Position numbers and translations under genes: made by a program. A stretch of DNA of 64,000 nt from Coriobacteriaceae bacterium (GTDB lineage Bacteria > Actinomycetota > Coriobacteriia > Coriobacteriales > Atopobiaceae): the NCBI GenBank assembly GCA_003862195.1, contig QOUO01000009.1, positions 21 to 64,020 on the forward strand, read 5' to 3'. Under the pieces are notes generated by a model, which searched no databases, had not been told where the DNA came from, and worked only from the letters and a program-made list of their open reading frames with translations. Each line of letters opens with the position of its first letter. Within the stretch, counting starts at the first letter, position 1. This document shows, piece after piece, positions 10,650 through 19,685 of this stretch.

Positions 10650-11339
10650 CTAGGGCCGCCACACGTCCGCGGCAAGGCGCATGCGGCTCCCGTCGCGCTC
10701 GAGCACGCCGTCGTCCTCCATGCGTCCCAGCTCGCGCGACATCGCGCTCCTGTTGGCGCCTATGAACTGCGCGAGCGCCGTCTGCGACATGGGCACGCGC
10801 GCCCAGCCCTCCGCATCCGTGGGCTGCTCGCGCAGGAACACGATCAGGCGGTCGCGCAGGCTCTTCTGCCCCAGGATCCTGACCTTGCGGTTGAGGAACA
10901 CGCTCTGCGTCGACACGATGCGCAGCAGGTTGCCCAGGAGCCTCACCTCGGGCCCCGTTGGCGACTCCGCCTCCCAGAGCGGCCGCACGTCCAGCAGCAC
11001 TACCTCTGACCTGCACATCGCCACGAGCTCGATGGGGCTCGACTCCACCTCCGCGCAGGCGAAGGCCGCACCAAAGACGTCGCCCACCGTGAAGCGCCTC
11101 ACGCTCACGTGGTCGTAGCGCTCGCTGTCGAACGAGCCCTCCACCTCGCCTGACATGGGGATTCCCACCAGGCGGAACGGCTCGCCAAACGGCTGGATCA
11201 CGTCATCGCGCTCGAAGGTGTGGCACCGGCCCCTCATCAGGCCGAGCATGCGCGGGATCTCCTCGCGCGCGATCCCCCTAAAGAGCGGCCCCGCCGCCAG
11301 CGTGTCGATGCAGTGCTCGTAGCGCCTCCGCGCGTCCAT
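10650..11339 (-). CDS. Crp/Fnr family transcriptional regulator
   Basis: cNMP-binding-like N-terminus (LFRGIAREEI) and C-terminal HTH (SQTALAQFIGANRSAMSRELGRMEDDGVL). ATG 11339 chosen. Confidence 0.8.
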   Translation of the reverse strand: MDARRRYEHCIDTLAAGPLFRGIAREEIPRMLGLMRGRCHTFERDDVIQPFGEPFRLVGIPMSGEVEGSFDSERYDHVSVRRFTVGDVFGAAFACAEVESSPIELVAMCRSEVVLLDVRPLWEAESPTGPEVRLLGNLLRIVSTQSVFLNRKVRILGQKSLRDRLIVFLREQPTDAEGWARVPMSQTALAQFIGANRSAMSRELGRMEDDGVLERDGSRMRLAADVWRP

Positions 11340-11375
11340 CCTGCCTCCAGCCCGCGCCGCCAAGGACGGCGCCAC

Positions 11376-11388
11376 GTTCTTCTCGCCC
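11376..11388 (-). repeat. 13-mer repeat copy GGGCGAGAAGAAC
   Basis: Exact. Sense, in the 5' leader of the Crp-family gene. Confidence 0.95.
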
Positions 11389-11626
11389 GCGTGAGCCGCC
11401 CGCGGCTACATCCTGATTGCACCAAAACGTTGCCATTGCAACACCTCGAATGTAGCCGTAGCGGAACAAAAGCGCAAGCCGCGTCATGGGTACATTACGC
11501 ATTGGTAAGCCGCACGCCCGGCGCCGCGGGACGCCCGCTCGGGAGCACTAGACTTTCCACGTCGCCGTCGCGACGCACACGATCAAGGCTGGCCCGTCCG
11601 GCGGGCCGAGGCAGAAAAGAGGGCCC

Positions 11627-12415
11627 ATGCAGGGCAACAAGAATATGGACGAGAAGAACGAGGGTCTTGGCTCGGAGCCGCGGGCCCAGGTGCCCGTGTA
11701 CCAGCGCGGACCCGTCATCATGCGCGGCAAGATGGTGCCCAAGGACACCACGAACCAGCACCTCCTGACCCCCAGCGCGGACACGTCGTGGCTGCACACT
11801 GACCCGTGGCGCGTGCTGCGCATCCAGGCGGAGTTCGTGGACGGCTTTGGCGCACTGGCGGAGATCGGCCCCGCCGTGACGATCTTTGGCTCGGCCCGGA
11901 CCAGTCGCGACGACCCCTACTACGTGGCCGCGCGCAAATGCGGGCAGCTGGTGGCGCAGCAGGGCGTCGCTGTCATCACAGGCGGCGGGCCCGGCATCAT
12001 GGAGGCCGCGAACCGCGGCGCCACGGAGATGGGCGGCAGCTCCGTGGGCCTGGGCATCGAGCTCCCCCACGAGCAGGCGCTCAACGAGTGGGTCAACCTG
12101 GGCATGAACTTCCGCTACTTCTTCGTGCGCAAGACCATGTTCATGAAGTACTCGTCGGGCTCGATCATCTTCCCGGGCGGCTTTGGCACCCTGGACGAGG
12201 CCTTTGAGGAGCTTACGCTGGTGCAGACGGGCAAGTCGCCCAAGGTGCCCATCGCGCTGTTTGGCCGCAGCTACTGGGAGGGGCTGTTCGACTGGCTGCG
12301 CGACTCCATGCTGGCCGACGGCAACATCTCCGCCGAGGACCTGAAGCTGTTCAAGATCACGGACGACCCCGTGGAGGCCGCGAGCATCGCGCTGAGCCAG
12401 CTCGAGGGCGCGTAG
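11627..12415 (+). CDS. LOG family (TIGR00730) nucleotide 5'-monophosphate nucleosidase
   Basis: GGGPGIMEAANRGA and PGGFGTLDE motifs. AAAAGAGGG SD region upstream of the ATG. Confidence 0.85.
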   Translation: MQGNKNMDEKNEGLGSEPRAQVPVYQRGPVIMRGKMVPKDTTNQHLLTPSADTSWLHTDPWRVLRIQAEFVDGFGALAEIGPAVTIFGSARTSRDDPYYVAARKCGQLVAQQGVAVITGGGPGIMEAANRGATEMGGSSVGLGIELPHEQALNEWVNLGMNFRYFFVRKTMFMKYSSGSIIFPGGFGTLDEAFEELTLVQTGKSPKVPIALFGRSYWEGLFDWLRDSMLADGNISAEDLKLFKITDDPVEAASIALSQLEGA

Positions 12416-12440
12416 GGCGGAATGACGCGAAGCAAACGCC

Positions 12441-12490
12441 AGGGCGGCATCGCAAAACGTGATTTGCGATGCCGCCCTCTTTTGCATTTG
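12441..12490. terminator. intrinsic terminator (bidirectional position)
   Basis: Perfect 16-bp stem AGGGCGGCATCGCAAA / TTTGCGATGCCGCCCT with a 6-nt loop, followed by CTTTTGCATTTG. Confidence 0.75.
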
Positions 12491-12556
12491 CGCAGGTAAT
12501 CAGCATGAGACACCAAATCGCACATCGCGTTTTGCAATCTTGGGCCACCACCCGTG

Positions 12557-12796
12557 TCAGCCTCGCTCGGTCACGACAACGTGGACGCTGCCGTCATACG
12601 GCACACCGTCAAACGTCACGTGCACCTTCGCACGGCCGCAACCGAACTCCTCGCGCACGTCCCATGGGAAGGGCGCGTACGCACCGCCTGGACGGTCCGT
12701 CGCGCATATGGTCGCATCGTACTCGTATCGCTTGCGCACGGTTGCCTCATTTTTTCCGATAAAGTCGAGAACGATGCTAAACGGCAGGTGATGCAC
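12557..12796 (-). CDS. DUF1905-like small protein
   Basis: 79 aa. APFPWDVREEFGCGRAKVHVTFDGVPYDGSV resembles the DUF1905 core. Last gene of the low-GC islet. Confidence 0.45.
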   Translation of the reverse strand: MHHLPFSIVLDFIGKNEATVRKRYEYDATICATDRPGGAYAPFPWDVREEFGCGRAKVHVTFDGVPYDGSVHVVVTERG

Positions 12797-12801
12797 ACGT
12801 T

Positions 12802-13077
12802 CTAGACATAGAATGTGATGTCACCATCGAAATACTCCGACCAGTAGTCGCATATCGTTCTATGGTTTAACGCTATGAAGCTCATTACATACGAAAGTTC
12901 GTGCTTGCTCAGGCCACTTCCGTTACTCGCGAGTTGACAGCCACCAGAACGCGTCAGCCAAATCTTCGTTCCGTTCCGCGTAGGTTTCCCACGAGAGACA
13001 TGAACATGCACCGGCTCGCCATTTTCAGCTGTCCAAAAATATATAGTGAACCCTCTGAACGAAAAGAGCTTAGGCAT
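12802..13077 (-). CDS. DUF4160-like protein
   Basis: MPKLFSFRGFTIYFWTAENGEPVHVHVSRG matches the DUF4160 N-terminal pattern. Low-GC. 8-nt overlap with the upstream gene. Confidence 0.6.
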   Translation of the reverse strand: MPKLFSFRGFTIYFWTAENGEPVHVHVSRGKPTRNGTKIWLTRSGGCQLASNGSGLSKHELSYVMSFIALNHRTICDYWSEYFDGDITFYV

Positions 13078-13330
13078 ACGACTGCGATTCCTCGTAAGCT
13101 AGGTGCATGATGAGAGGTGCATTATCGTGCACGAACTGGTCAAGGTCAGAAAGCTCCTTCTCCGTAAACCCCTCTACACCAGTCCATTCATATGAAGGCA
13201 AAATGCATCTCGCCGAGTCGAAGCCACCTTCGACTGGCCGTTCCACGGAAACCTTCACGGTATTGTCGGGCAGGATGTTCGAGAACGCGACCACCGTCCC
13301 GTCGCGCAGCTCAGCATAATCAAAATACAT
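13070..13330 (-). CDS. hypothetical protein (86 aa), partner of the DUF4160-like gene
   Basis: ATG 13330 preceded by a GGGGAGG SD. Low-GC. No family recognised. Confidence 0.5.
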   Translation of the reverse strand: MYFDYAELRDGTVVAFSNILPDNTVKVSVERPVEGGFDSARCILPSYEWTGVEGFTEKELSDLDQFVHDNAPLIMHLAYEESQSYA

Positions 13331-13488
13331 GTGTGCCTCCCCTCGATGGAATCATACCCACGAGACGCGACCGCGCCAAGATGCGTTTTGTTCGCGGCTA
13401 ACATTGCACGACACGACAGATTCTTCCGAGATACCAAATCCGTTTCTGGAAGACCCATCGTTTTGCAAACCCGCAGGTAGACGAGTTG

Positions 13489-13523
13489 ACCCCCGGATAC
13501 CAGAAACTTTTCTGGAATCCGGG
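13489..13523. terminator. hairpin downstream of the ROK gene / islet boundary
   Basis: CCCCCGGATACCAGA ... TCTGGAATCCGGGGG, a 15-bp stem with one mismatch. Confidence 0.4.
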
Positions 13524-13591
13524 GGCCTCAATCGCGATGTCGGTCGCCATGCAGCGCCAACCGGGGACGCTGCCGTCAGCCGCAGCGGCGT

Positions 13592-14467
13592 CTACACCAG
13601 AAGCGACGCACCCACGAGGCCGGCGTCCTCCCCGCACGTCGCCTCGCAGAAGAGCAGCGCGTCCGGGTCGAGCACGTAGCCCTTCGCCTTCTGGTACACC
13701 TGGTCGAGAAACGCGGGGTTCTTGAGCGCGACCGAGCCGCCAAAGACGAAGACGTCCGGGTCCACAACCGCGTTGATGTTGTTGACGCCGCGCGCAAGGC
13801 ACTCCGCCGCATGGTCAATCACGGCCAGCGCGTCCGCGTTGCCGGCGTCTGCCAGCGCGAACACCGCGGGCGCCGTCACCTCGCGACCCATGCGCTCGCT
13901 CGCCATGCGCGCGATGGCCGTGCCCGAGCTCTGGTCCTCCAGCGCGCCGGGGTTCATGCCCGGGCGCGCCACCGGCGCGTCGCACACGATCATGTTGAAG
14001 ACCTCGGTCGCGAGCGAGTGCGCCCCGCCCACGATCTTGCCGTCCTGCACGTACGCGGCGCCCACGCCCGTCGAGACGGTGATGTACACCACGGACGAGA
14101 AGTTCCTGCCCGCGCCCACGAGGGCCTCTGCCAGCCCCGCAACGTTGGCGTCGTTGTTGAGGTGACACGGGTGGTCGCAGCGCCTCCGGAAGAAGTCGGC
14201 CACAGGGAAGCCCTCCCAGCCGGGGAGGTTGGGCGGGGTCAGGATCTGGCCCTTCTCGAAGTCGAGCGGCCCGGGGCAGCCGATGCCGATGCCCTCGTAG
14301 TCGAGCCCCCACCCCTCGATGGCGTCCACGAGCCTGCCGAGGTTCTCCTCGGGACCCGCGCTGTGCACGTTGGGGAAGGCCGTCCTCTTGAGGATGTTGC
14401 ACTTCTCGTCCAGGGCGGCCACGCGAAGCTGCGTCCCGCCGATGTCGATGCCGATGCGCACGGTCAT
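13592..14467 (-). CDS. ROK family sugar kinase
   Basis: IGIDIGGTQLRVAAL N-terminal ATPase motif and a ROK body. GAGAGGAG SD. Confidence 0.8.
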   Translation of the reverse strand: MTVRIGIDIGGTQLRVAALDEKCNILKRTAFPNVHSAGPEENLGRLVDAIEGWGLDYEGIGIGCPGPLDFEKGQILTPPNLPGWEGFPVADFFRRRCDHPCHLNNDANVAGLAEALVGAGRNFSSVVYITVSTGVGAAYVQDGKIVGGAHSLATEVFNMIVCDAPVARPGMNPGALEDQSSGTAIARMASERMGREVTAPAVFALADAGNADALAVIDHAAECLARGVNNINAVVDPDVFVFGGSVALKNPAFLDQVYQKAKGYVLDPDALLFCEATCGEDAGLVGASLLV

Positions 14468-14509
14468 GGTGCGCTCCTCTCGTCAAATCGTTGCCACGCC
14501 CGCGCGACG

Positions 14510-15493
14510 CTAGCCCTCCGGCCAGCTCACGACGAGCTCCATGTCGCCCTCGAAGTCGAGGTCGCCGGAGCCGGCCGGCGCCACAAAGTGGGAGCCGAGC
14601 CTCAGGTCCCAGCTGCCCGCCGGCGTCGTGACCTTGCCGCCCTCGCCGTGCACCACGGACACGCACACGAAGTCGTGCGTCTGCGGCACGCGCGCCGGGG
14701 AGCCTTCGGCCACGCGCACGCGCTCCACCTCGAAGTTGGGGCACGTTCCCAGCACGGTCACGCCGTCCTTCTCGGGCGCCGTGACGTCGCCGCTCTTGGG
14801 GAGCGGCAGGCTGAAGTCGACCACGTCGAGCGTCTGCGGAATGTGCAGCTCGCGCTTGGTGCCGTCCGCCTGGACGCGGTCGTAGTCGTACACGCGGTAC
14901 GTGACGTCGCTCGACTGCTGGGTCTCGAGCACCACGGTGCCCGCCTGGATGGCGTGGATGGTGCCCGGCTCGATCATGAAGAAGTCGCCGCGCTTGATGG
15001 GCACGCTGTACAGGAGGTCGTCCCAGCGACCCTCCTCCACCATCTTGGCAAACTCCGCGCGGTCGTGCGCGCGCTGGCCGACCACGATCGTGGCGCCTGG
15101 CTTGCAGTCCAGCACGTACCAGCACTCGCGCTTGCCCAGGCTGCCGTTCTCGTGCTCGGCGGCGTAGGCGTCGTCCGGGTGCACCTGCACGGAGAGGTTC
15201 TGGCGCGCGTCCAGGATCTTGATGAGCAGCGGGAAGCGGTCGCCCTTGGCGTCGCCAAAAAGCTCGTGCTCGTCCTGCCACAGCTCGCTCAGGGTGCGGC
15301 CGTCGTACGGGCCGCCCTCGATGGTGCAGTCGCCGTTGGGGTGCGCGCTGATGGCCCAGCACTCCCCCACGTCGCCGTCGGGGATGTCATAGCCGTACTC
15401 GTCGTGCAGGTAGCGGCCGCCCCAGATCTTGTTGTGGAACACCGGCTTCGGGAAGAGGAGCGGCTGAGCCCCCGTGGCCTCGTTCTTCTCCAT
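14510..15493 (-). CDS. manA: mannose-6-phosphate isomerase, class I
   Basis: FPLLIKILDARQNLSVQVHPDD and ECWYVL motifs. ATG 15493 chosen. Confidence 0.8.
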   Translation of the reverse strand: MEKNEATGAQPLLFPKPVFHNKIWGGRYLHDEYGYDIPDGDVGECWAISAHPNGDCTIEGGPYDGRTLSELWQDEHELFGDAKGDRFPLLIKILDARQNLSVQVHPDDAYAAEHENGSLGKRECWYVLDCKPGATIVVGQRAHDRAEFAKMVEEGRWDDLLYSVPIKRGDFFMIEPGTIHAIQAGTVVLETQQSSDVTYRVYDYDRVQADGTKRELHIPQTLDVVDFSLPLPKSGDVTAPEKDGVTVLGTCPNFEVERVRVAEGSPARVPQTHDFVCVSVVHGEGGKVTTPAGSWDLRLGSHFVAPAGSGDLDFEGDMELVVSWPEG

Positions 15494-15688
15494 TGATGGT
15501 CCTTTCCGTCGCGGGACGCGGCGCGCGCCGGTCCCTCGCCTTTGTCTGATGGTATCATCCGCGATTCCGCCGCCTCCCACAACGCATTTCCAGATGCGTA
15601 GGAGAGAAGAACACGGGCGCCCAGCTGGTGGACGCCCGTGTTCGGAGGTTCTTCCTGGTGGGAGGCGCGGTGCCTTGCCGGCGAAGCG

Positions 15689-16039
15689 CTACTTCTGCGC
15701 GGCCGCGAGCTTCTGGTAGACGTCCACGAGGTCCTCGGCCATGATGCGGACGGTCTCCGCCTGCATCAGCTGGTCCTCGGCGTGCACCAGGAGCAGCGGC
15801 ACCTTGGTGGAGCCCATCTTCTGGGCGTCCTCCTGCAGGAGTCCCATGTGGACCTTGTGGCCCTCGAGGTAGGTCTGCTTCCCCTCCTCGATGAGGGACT
15901 TGGCCGTCTCGAAGTCACCGGCCTTGGCCTTCTGGATCGCGTCGATGAAGTTCGACTTCGCACAACCAACGGTCGAGATGATCTGGAAGCAGGCCTCCTC
16001 CATGTCGGGCTCCTGCTGCTCGTCCTTCTCCTCTGCCAT
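15689..16039 (-). CDS. PTS lactose/cellobiose family EIIA component
   Basis: 116 aa, helical EIIA-Lac/Cel pattern (IISTVGCAKSNFIDAIQKAKAGDFETAKSLIEEG...HMGLLQ). Confidence 0.8.
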   Translation of the reverse strand: MAEEKDEQQEPDMEEACFQIISTVGCAKSNFIDAIQKAKAGDFETAKSLIEEGKQTYLEGHKVHMGLLQEDAQKMGSTKVPLLLVHAEDQLMQAETVRIMAEDLVDVYQKLAAAQK

Positions 16040-16042
16040 GTA

Positions 16043-16348
16043 CTAGCCCTCCTCGATGGCCTTCTGGGCGTCGGCCAGGATCTTCTTGGCGTTCATGCGG
16101 CCGTAGTCGGCCATCGCGATGACGCGCACGGGGGTCTTGCCCTCCGCCGCCTCCTTGGCGTCGCCCAGTGCGTACTTGATCTGGGGACCGAGCATGAGGA
16201 CGTCGTAGTCCTTCACGTCGTCCAGCGCGGGGCCGAGCGGCTCGGCGTCGATCGTGGCGTCGATGCCCTGTGCCTGGGCCTCCTTGCGCATCTTCTGGAC
16301 GAGCAGGCTCGTGGACATACCGGCGTTGCAGGCAAGCAGGATCTTCAT
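16043..16348 (-). CDS. PTS lactose/cellobiose family EIIB component
   Basis: MKILLACNAGMSTSLLV with the catalytic Cys. ATG 16348 has an AAAGGAA SD 9 nt upstream. Confidence 0.85.
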   Translation of the reverse strand: MKILLACNAGMSTSLLVQKMRKEAQAQGIDATIDAEPLGPALDDVKDYDVLMLGPQIKYALGDAKEAAEGKTPVRVIAMADYGRMNAKKILADAQKAIEEG

Positions 16349-16490
16349 GTCTACCATTTCCTTTCTTGGAACGGCGGGGCCTTCTTCGGCTCCCATATCA
16401 CACGTTAGGACAAATGGGGGGGTGAGGCACCCCGTGACACCGCCACGAGGTGCCTCACAAAGGGGGAATGGGAAGTCGACGTCAGGAACG

Positions 16491-17987
16491 CTAGGCGGTC
16501 TGAGCCGCTGCCTTTGCATCCGCGTCCTTCTCGGCCTGCTCGGCGAGCTCCATCTGCTTCTTCTGAGCGCGCTCGGAGACCTTCATGAACGGCAGGTAGA
16601 TGAGCATGCCGAGTGCGAACTCGATGACCTGCCAGATGATGGCCACGACGCCGGCGGTGCCACCGCCAACGGCGAGGAAGCCGGAGATGAAGACCGGGGT
16701 CGTCCAGGGAACCATGACGACGCAGGGAGCGAGGATGTGGGCGCAGGTGAGGGCGTAGGTGAGGCCGATGAACAGATCGGGGATGAGGACGAACGGGATC
16801 ATGAGCGGCAGGTTGTAGACGATCGGGTAGCCGTAGATGACAGGCTCGTTGATGTTGAAGATGCCAGGCAGGACGGCAAGCTTTGCGATGTCCTTGGAGG
16901 CCTTGCTCTTGGAGAACAGGAAGGTGTCGGCGAGGAGCATCAGGGTGCAGCCGGAGCCGCCGATGAGGGCGAAGGTATTGATGATCTGCATGTTCATGTA
17001 GTGATCGGCAGGAATGGTCTGGCCGGCGGCGTACATGGCCATGTTCTCGGTGATGAGGATGGTGAGGATAGGCTCAGCAAGGACGCCAGAGATCGTGGAC
17101 TGGTGAATGCCGAGGCAGAAGAGCAGGTTGGCGAGCGTGTAGACCAGGATGATGAACCAAGGACCGGCGTTCACGAAGCCCTTGAGGGGCGCGGCGATGC
17201 AGGTGTTGATGAGCGTCATGAGGTCGGTCGCCCAGAGGGCGTGGAGAAGTGCGGCGACGACGCCGAAGATGGTCAGCGTGATGAGCATCGGGAACATGGT
17301 GTTGAACGTGTCAGCGACCGCGGGCGGGATGCCCTCGCCGAGGTTCACGCGCAGCTTCTCGTTGTTGGACAGCTTGATGAAGATGGTGGTGGCGACAAGG
17401 CCGATGATGATGGCGCCGAACAGGCCGTTGGTGCCGGTGTAGGTCTTGGAGAAGGCGCCGGAGACGTTGTCGGAGCCGACGCTGGTGAGCTGGTAGCCCT
17501 TGGGGGCGACCTTCTTGGCGATGGTGTCGTACTTGACAGTCTTGGTCTTGGTGGTGTCAGAGGTGCTGGTGTAGGTGAGCTCGGTGATGTCGGAGATGCT
17601 TGCGGTGGCGCTGCTCAGGGTCTGCGGCATCATGATGCAGAGCGCTGCGATGCCGACAACGACGCACGCGATGGCGTTCTTGAAGCGCTTGTTGCGTGCC
17701 AGGCAGTAGCCGATGATGCCGGCGAGCATGATGGTCGCGACGTTCAGCGTGCCCTGGGTGATCGCGTTGCCCCAGTACTGGGCGTTCGCCAGTGCGTCGC
17801 CCGTCAGGAACAGCGGGAAGACGACGTTGTTAATCAGGACGGCAATGCCTGCCAGAATGTAGATCGGCATGACCGTGGCAAAGCCATCGCGCAGCGAACG
17901 CAGGTGAACCTGGTTGCCGATCTTGGCGGAGACTTCTGAGAACTTGTCTAGGAAGCTCTGCTTCTCCTCTGCTACTTCTTCTGCCAT
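16491..17987 (-). CDS. PTS cellobiose-type EIIC permease
   Basis: Polytopic membrane protein with an EIIC-Lac/Cel N-terminus (FLDKFSEVSAKIGNQVHLRSLRDGF). GAGGAGGAA SD before ATG 17987. Confidence 0.85.
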   Translation of the reverse strand: MAEEVAEEKQSFLDKFSEVSAKIGNQVHLRSLRDGFATVMPIYILAGIAVLINNVVFPLFLTGDALANAQYWGNAITQGTLNVATIMLAGIIGYCLARNKRFKNAIACVVVGIAALCIMMPQTLSSATASISDITELTYTSTSDTTKTKTVKYDTIAKKVAPKGYQLTSVGSDNVSGAFSKTYTGTNGLFGAIIIGLVATTIFIKLSNNEKLRVNLGEGIPPAVADTFNTMFPMLITLTIFGVVAALLHALWATDLMTLINTCIAAPLKGFVNAGPWFIILVYTLANLLFCLGIHQSTISGVLAEPILTILITENMAMYAAGQTIPADHYMNMQIINTFALIGGSGCTLMLLADTFLFSKSKASKDIAKLAVLPGIFNINEPVIYGYPIVYNLPLMIPFVLIPDLFIGLTYALTCAHILAPCVVMVPWTTPVFISGFLAVGGGTAGVVAIIWQVIEFALGMLIYLPFMKVSERAQKKQMELAEQAEKDADAKAAAQTA

Positions 17988-18057
17988 GATTCCTCCTCGC
18001 GGGGAAGCTCCCGCATATTCACAGGCACGGGACGCCTTGCCCATGCCTTACTACCTA

Positions 18058-19482
18058 CTAGGACTCGAAGATCGTGTGGGTAGTCGCGACTCGACGCAGC
18101 CAGTCCGCGCTCTTCTTGTAGTGGCGGCTGTAGTTGTCGTCGAGGTTGACCTCCACGAATCCGTAGCGGTTCTTGAAGGCGTTCGACCAGGACCAGTTGT
18201 CGATGACCGCCCAGTAGTGGTAGCCACGGCACTTCGCGCCGTCCTGGATTGCCTTCGCGATCCACTTCAGGTGGTCGCGCACGAACTCGACGCGGTAGTC
18301 GTCCTGGATCGTGCCGGTGGCGTCCTTGCTGGCGTTCTCGCCCTGGATGCCGATGCCGTTCTCGGAGACGTACCACTCGAGGTCGGGGTAGTTCTCCTTC
18401 ATGGTCATCGCGAAGTCGCAGATGCCCTTGGGGTAGATCTCCCAGCCGCGGCTCTTGTTCATCACTGCGTCGGGCCAGACATACTCCTCCGCGAACACGG
18501 GGTTGCCGAACTCGTCCGTCTTCTTGGACGGGGCCTGCACCCTGGCCGGGTGGTAGTAGTTGAAGCCAAGCCAGTCGACGGGACCCTGCTTGATGACCTC
18601 CGCGTCGCCGGGACGCTGGCCAAGGTCGATCTTGGCGCGGTCGAGGTCGTCCAGGATGTCCTGGGGGAACTCGCCCTTCGTCACGAGGTCGAGCCACCAG
18701 CGGTTGTCGACGCCGTCGACCACGCGAACCGCCTCGAGGTCTGCCTCGCTCGGGTTCTCCTTGGTGTAGGGCGGCGTGAAGCAGTTGATGAGGCCGATCT
18801 TGGCGTCCTTGCGTACGGTGCCCGCGGCCTGCGCGAGCCTGAACTCGTGCACCGCGAGGGAGTGCGCCAGCGAGATGCCGTACTGCACGCGGCGCGCCTC
18901 GGCGAAGTCGTGATGGAACGGGTACCACACGGCGTTGGTGAAGCGCTGCTGCGGCTCCACGATCGGCTCGTTGAAGGTGAACCAGTTCTTGATCTCCTGG
19001 CCAAACTCGTCGAAGGCCGCGCGGGCGTAGTTGGCGTACGCCTCGATGACCTCGCGGTTCTCCCAGCCTCCACGGTCGAACAGGTAGGACGGCATGTCAA
19101 AGTGGTACAGGTTCACGAAGACGTCGATGCCGGCAGCCTTGAAGGCCGAGAAGAGCGCGTGGTAATAGTCGGCACCCGCCTGGTTGAGCTTGCCGTTCTT
19201 GTCCATGAGGCGGCTCCACTGGATGGAGGTCCTCACGGAGTCGAGGCCGAGGTCCTTGAAGATCTTGATGTCCTCGTCGCGACGGCGCGTGAAGTCGTTG
19301 CCGGCGTAGGAGCCCACGAGGTTGTAGAAGCCCGTGATGTCCTCGTTGCTCCAGCGGTCCCAAAGGTTCGGCAGCTTGCCGTAGGCCTGCCAGGCACCCT
19401 CCGTCTGGGGGCCGGACATGGCCGCACCCAGGAAGAAGTCCTTAGGAAGCTGGGTCGGAAGCTCTTCTCCGCTCATCTTCAT
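18058..19482 (-). CDS. 6-phospho-beta-glucosidase (glycoside hydrolase family 1)
   Basis: GH1 blocks FLGAAMSGPQTEGAW, TFNEP and YVSENG. Start ATG 19482 (GTG 19485 and ATG 19476 are alternatives). Confidence 0.85.
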   Translation of the reverse strand: MKMSGEELPTQLPKDFFLGAAMSGPQTEGAWQAYGKLPNLWDRWSNEDITGFYNLVGSYAGNDFTRRRDEDIKIFKDLGLDSVRTSIQWSRLMDKNGKLNQAGADYYHALFSAFKAAGIDVFVNLYHFDMPSYLFDRGGWENREVIEAYANYARAAFDEFGQEIKNWFTFNEPIVEPQQRFTNAVWYPFHHDFAEARRVQYGISLAHSLAVHEFRLAQAAGTVRKDAKIGLINCFTPPYTKENPSEADLEAVRVVDGVDNRWWLDLVTKGEFPQDILDDLDRAKIDLGQRPGDAEVIKQGPVDWLGFNYYHPARVQAPSKKTDEFGNPVFAEEYVWPDAVMNKSRGWEIYPKGICDFAMTMKENYPDLEWYVSENGIGIQGENASKDATGTIQDDYRVEFVRDHLKWIAKAIQDGAKCRGYHYWAVIDNWSWSNAFKNRYGFVEVNLDDNYSRHYKKSADWLRRVATTHTIFES

Positions 19483-19515
19483 CACTTCCCCTTCTGTCGT
19501 TTGCTCGCGTATTAA

Positions 19516-19530
19516 TTGACATGTCTTTTA
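19516..19530. promoter_or_regulatory. putative GntR/HutC operator, site 1
   Basis: TTGACATGTCTTTTA in the AT-rich divergent region. It shares the core GACATGTCTT with site 2. Confidence 0.45.
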
Positions 19531-19633
19531 TCACGTCAATCTATGTCTTCCATAAATCCTACACGGGAACGATTTTTACGCAAGACCCGTTTTTGGAAAC
19601 AGGCCGAGCGGTATATATATGTCCTTGAGCGGT

Positions 19634-19649
19634 AAAAGACATGTCTTCT
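19634..19649. promoter_or_regulatory. putative GntR/HutC operator, site 2
   Basis: Perfect 12-bp palindrome AAGACATGTCTT (19636-19647), 40 bp upstream of the GntR gene start. Confidence 0.45.
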
Positions 19650-19685
19650 GCTATACTTTATGTTGCTAGTCGAAGGGAGCAGGGC

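Noticed and set aside
11376-11388. 13-mer as an ECF-sigma type -35 element (GAAC)
   Set aside because: No conserved -10-like CGTC/GTC element was found 16-17 nt downstream when intergenic copies (11376, 24962, 28290, 31183, 45530) were compared.
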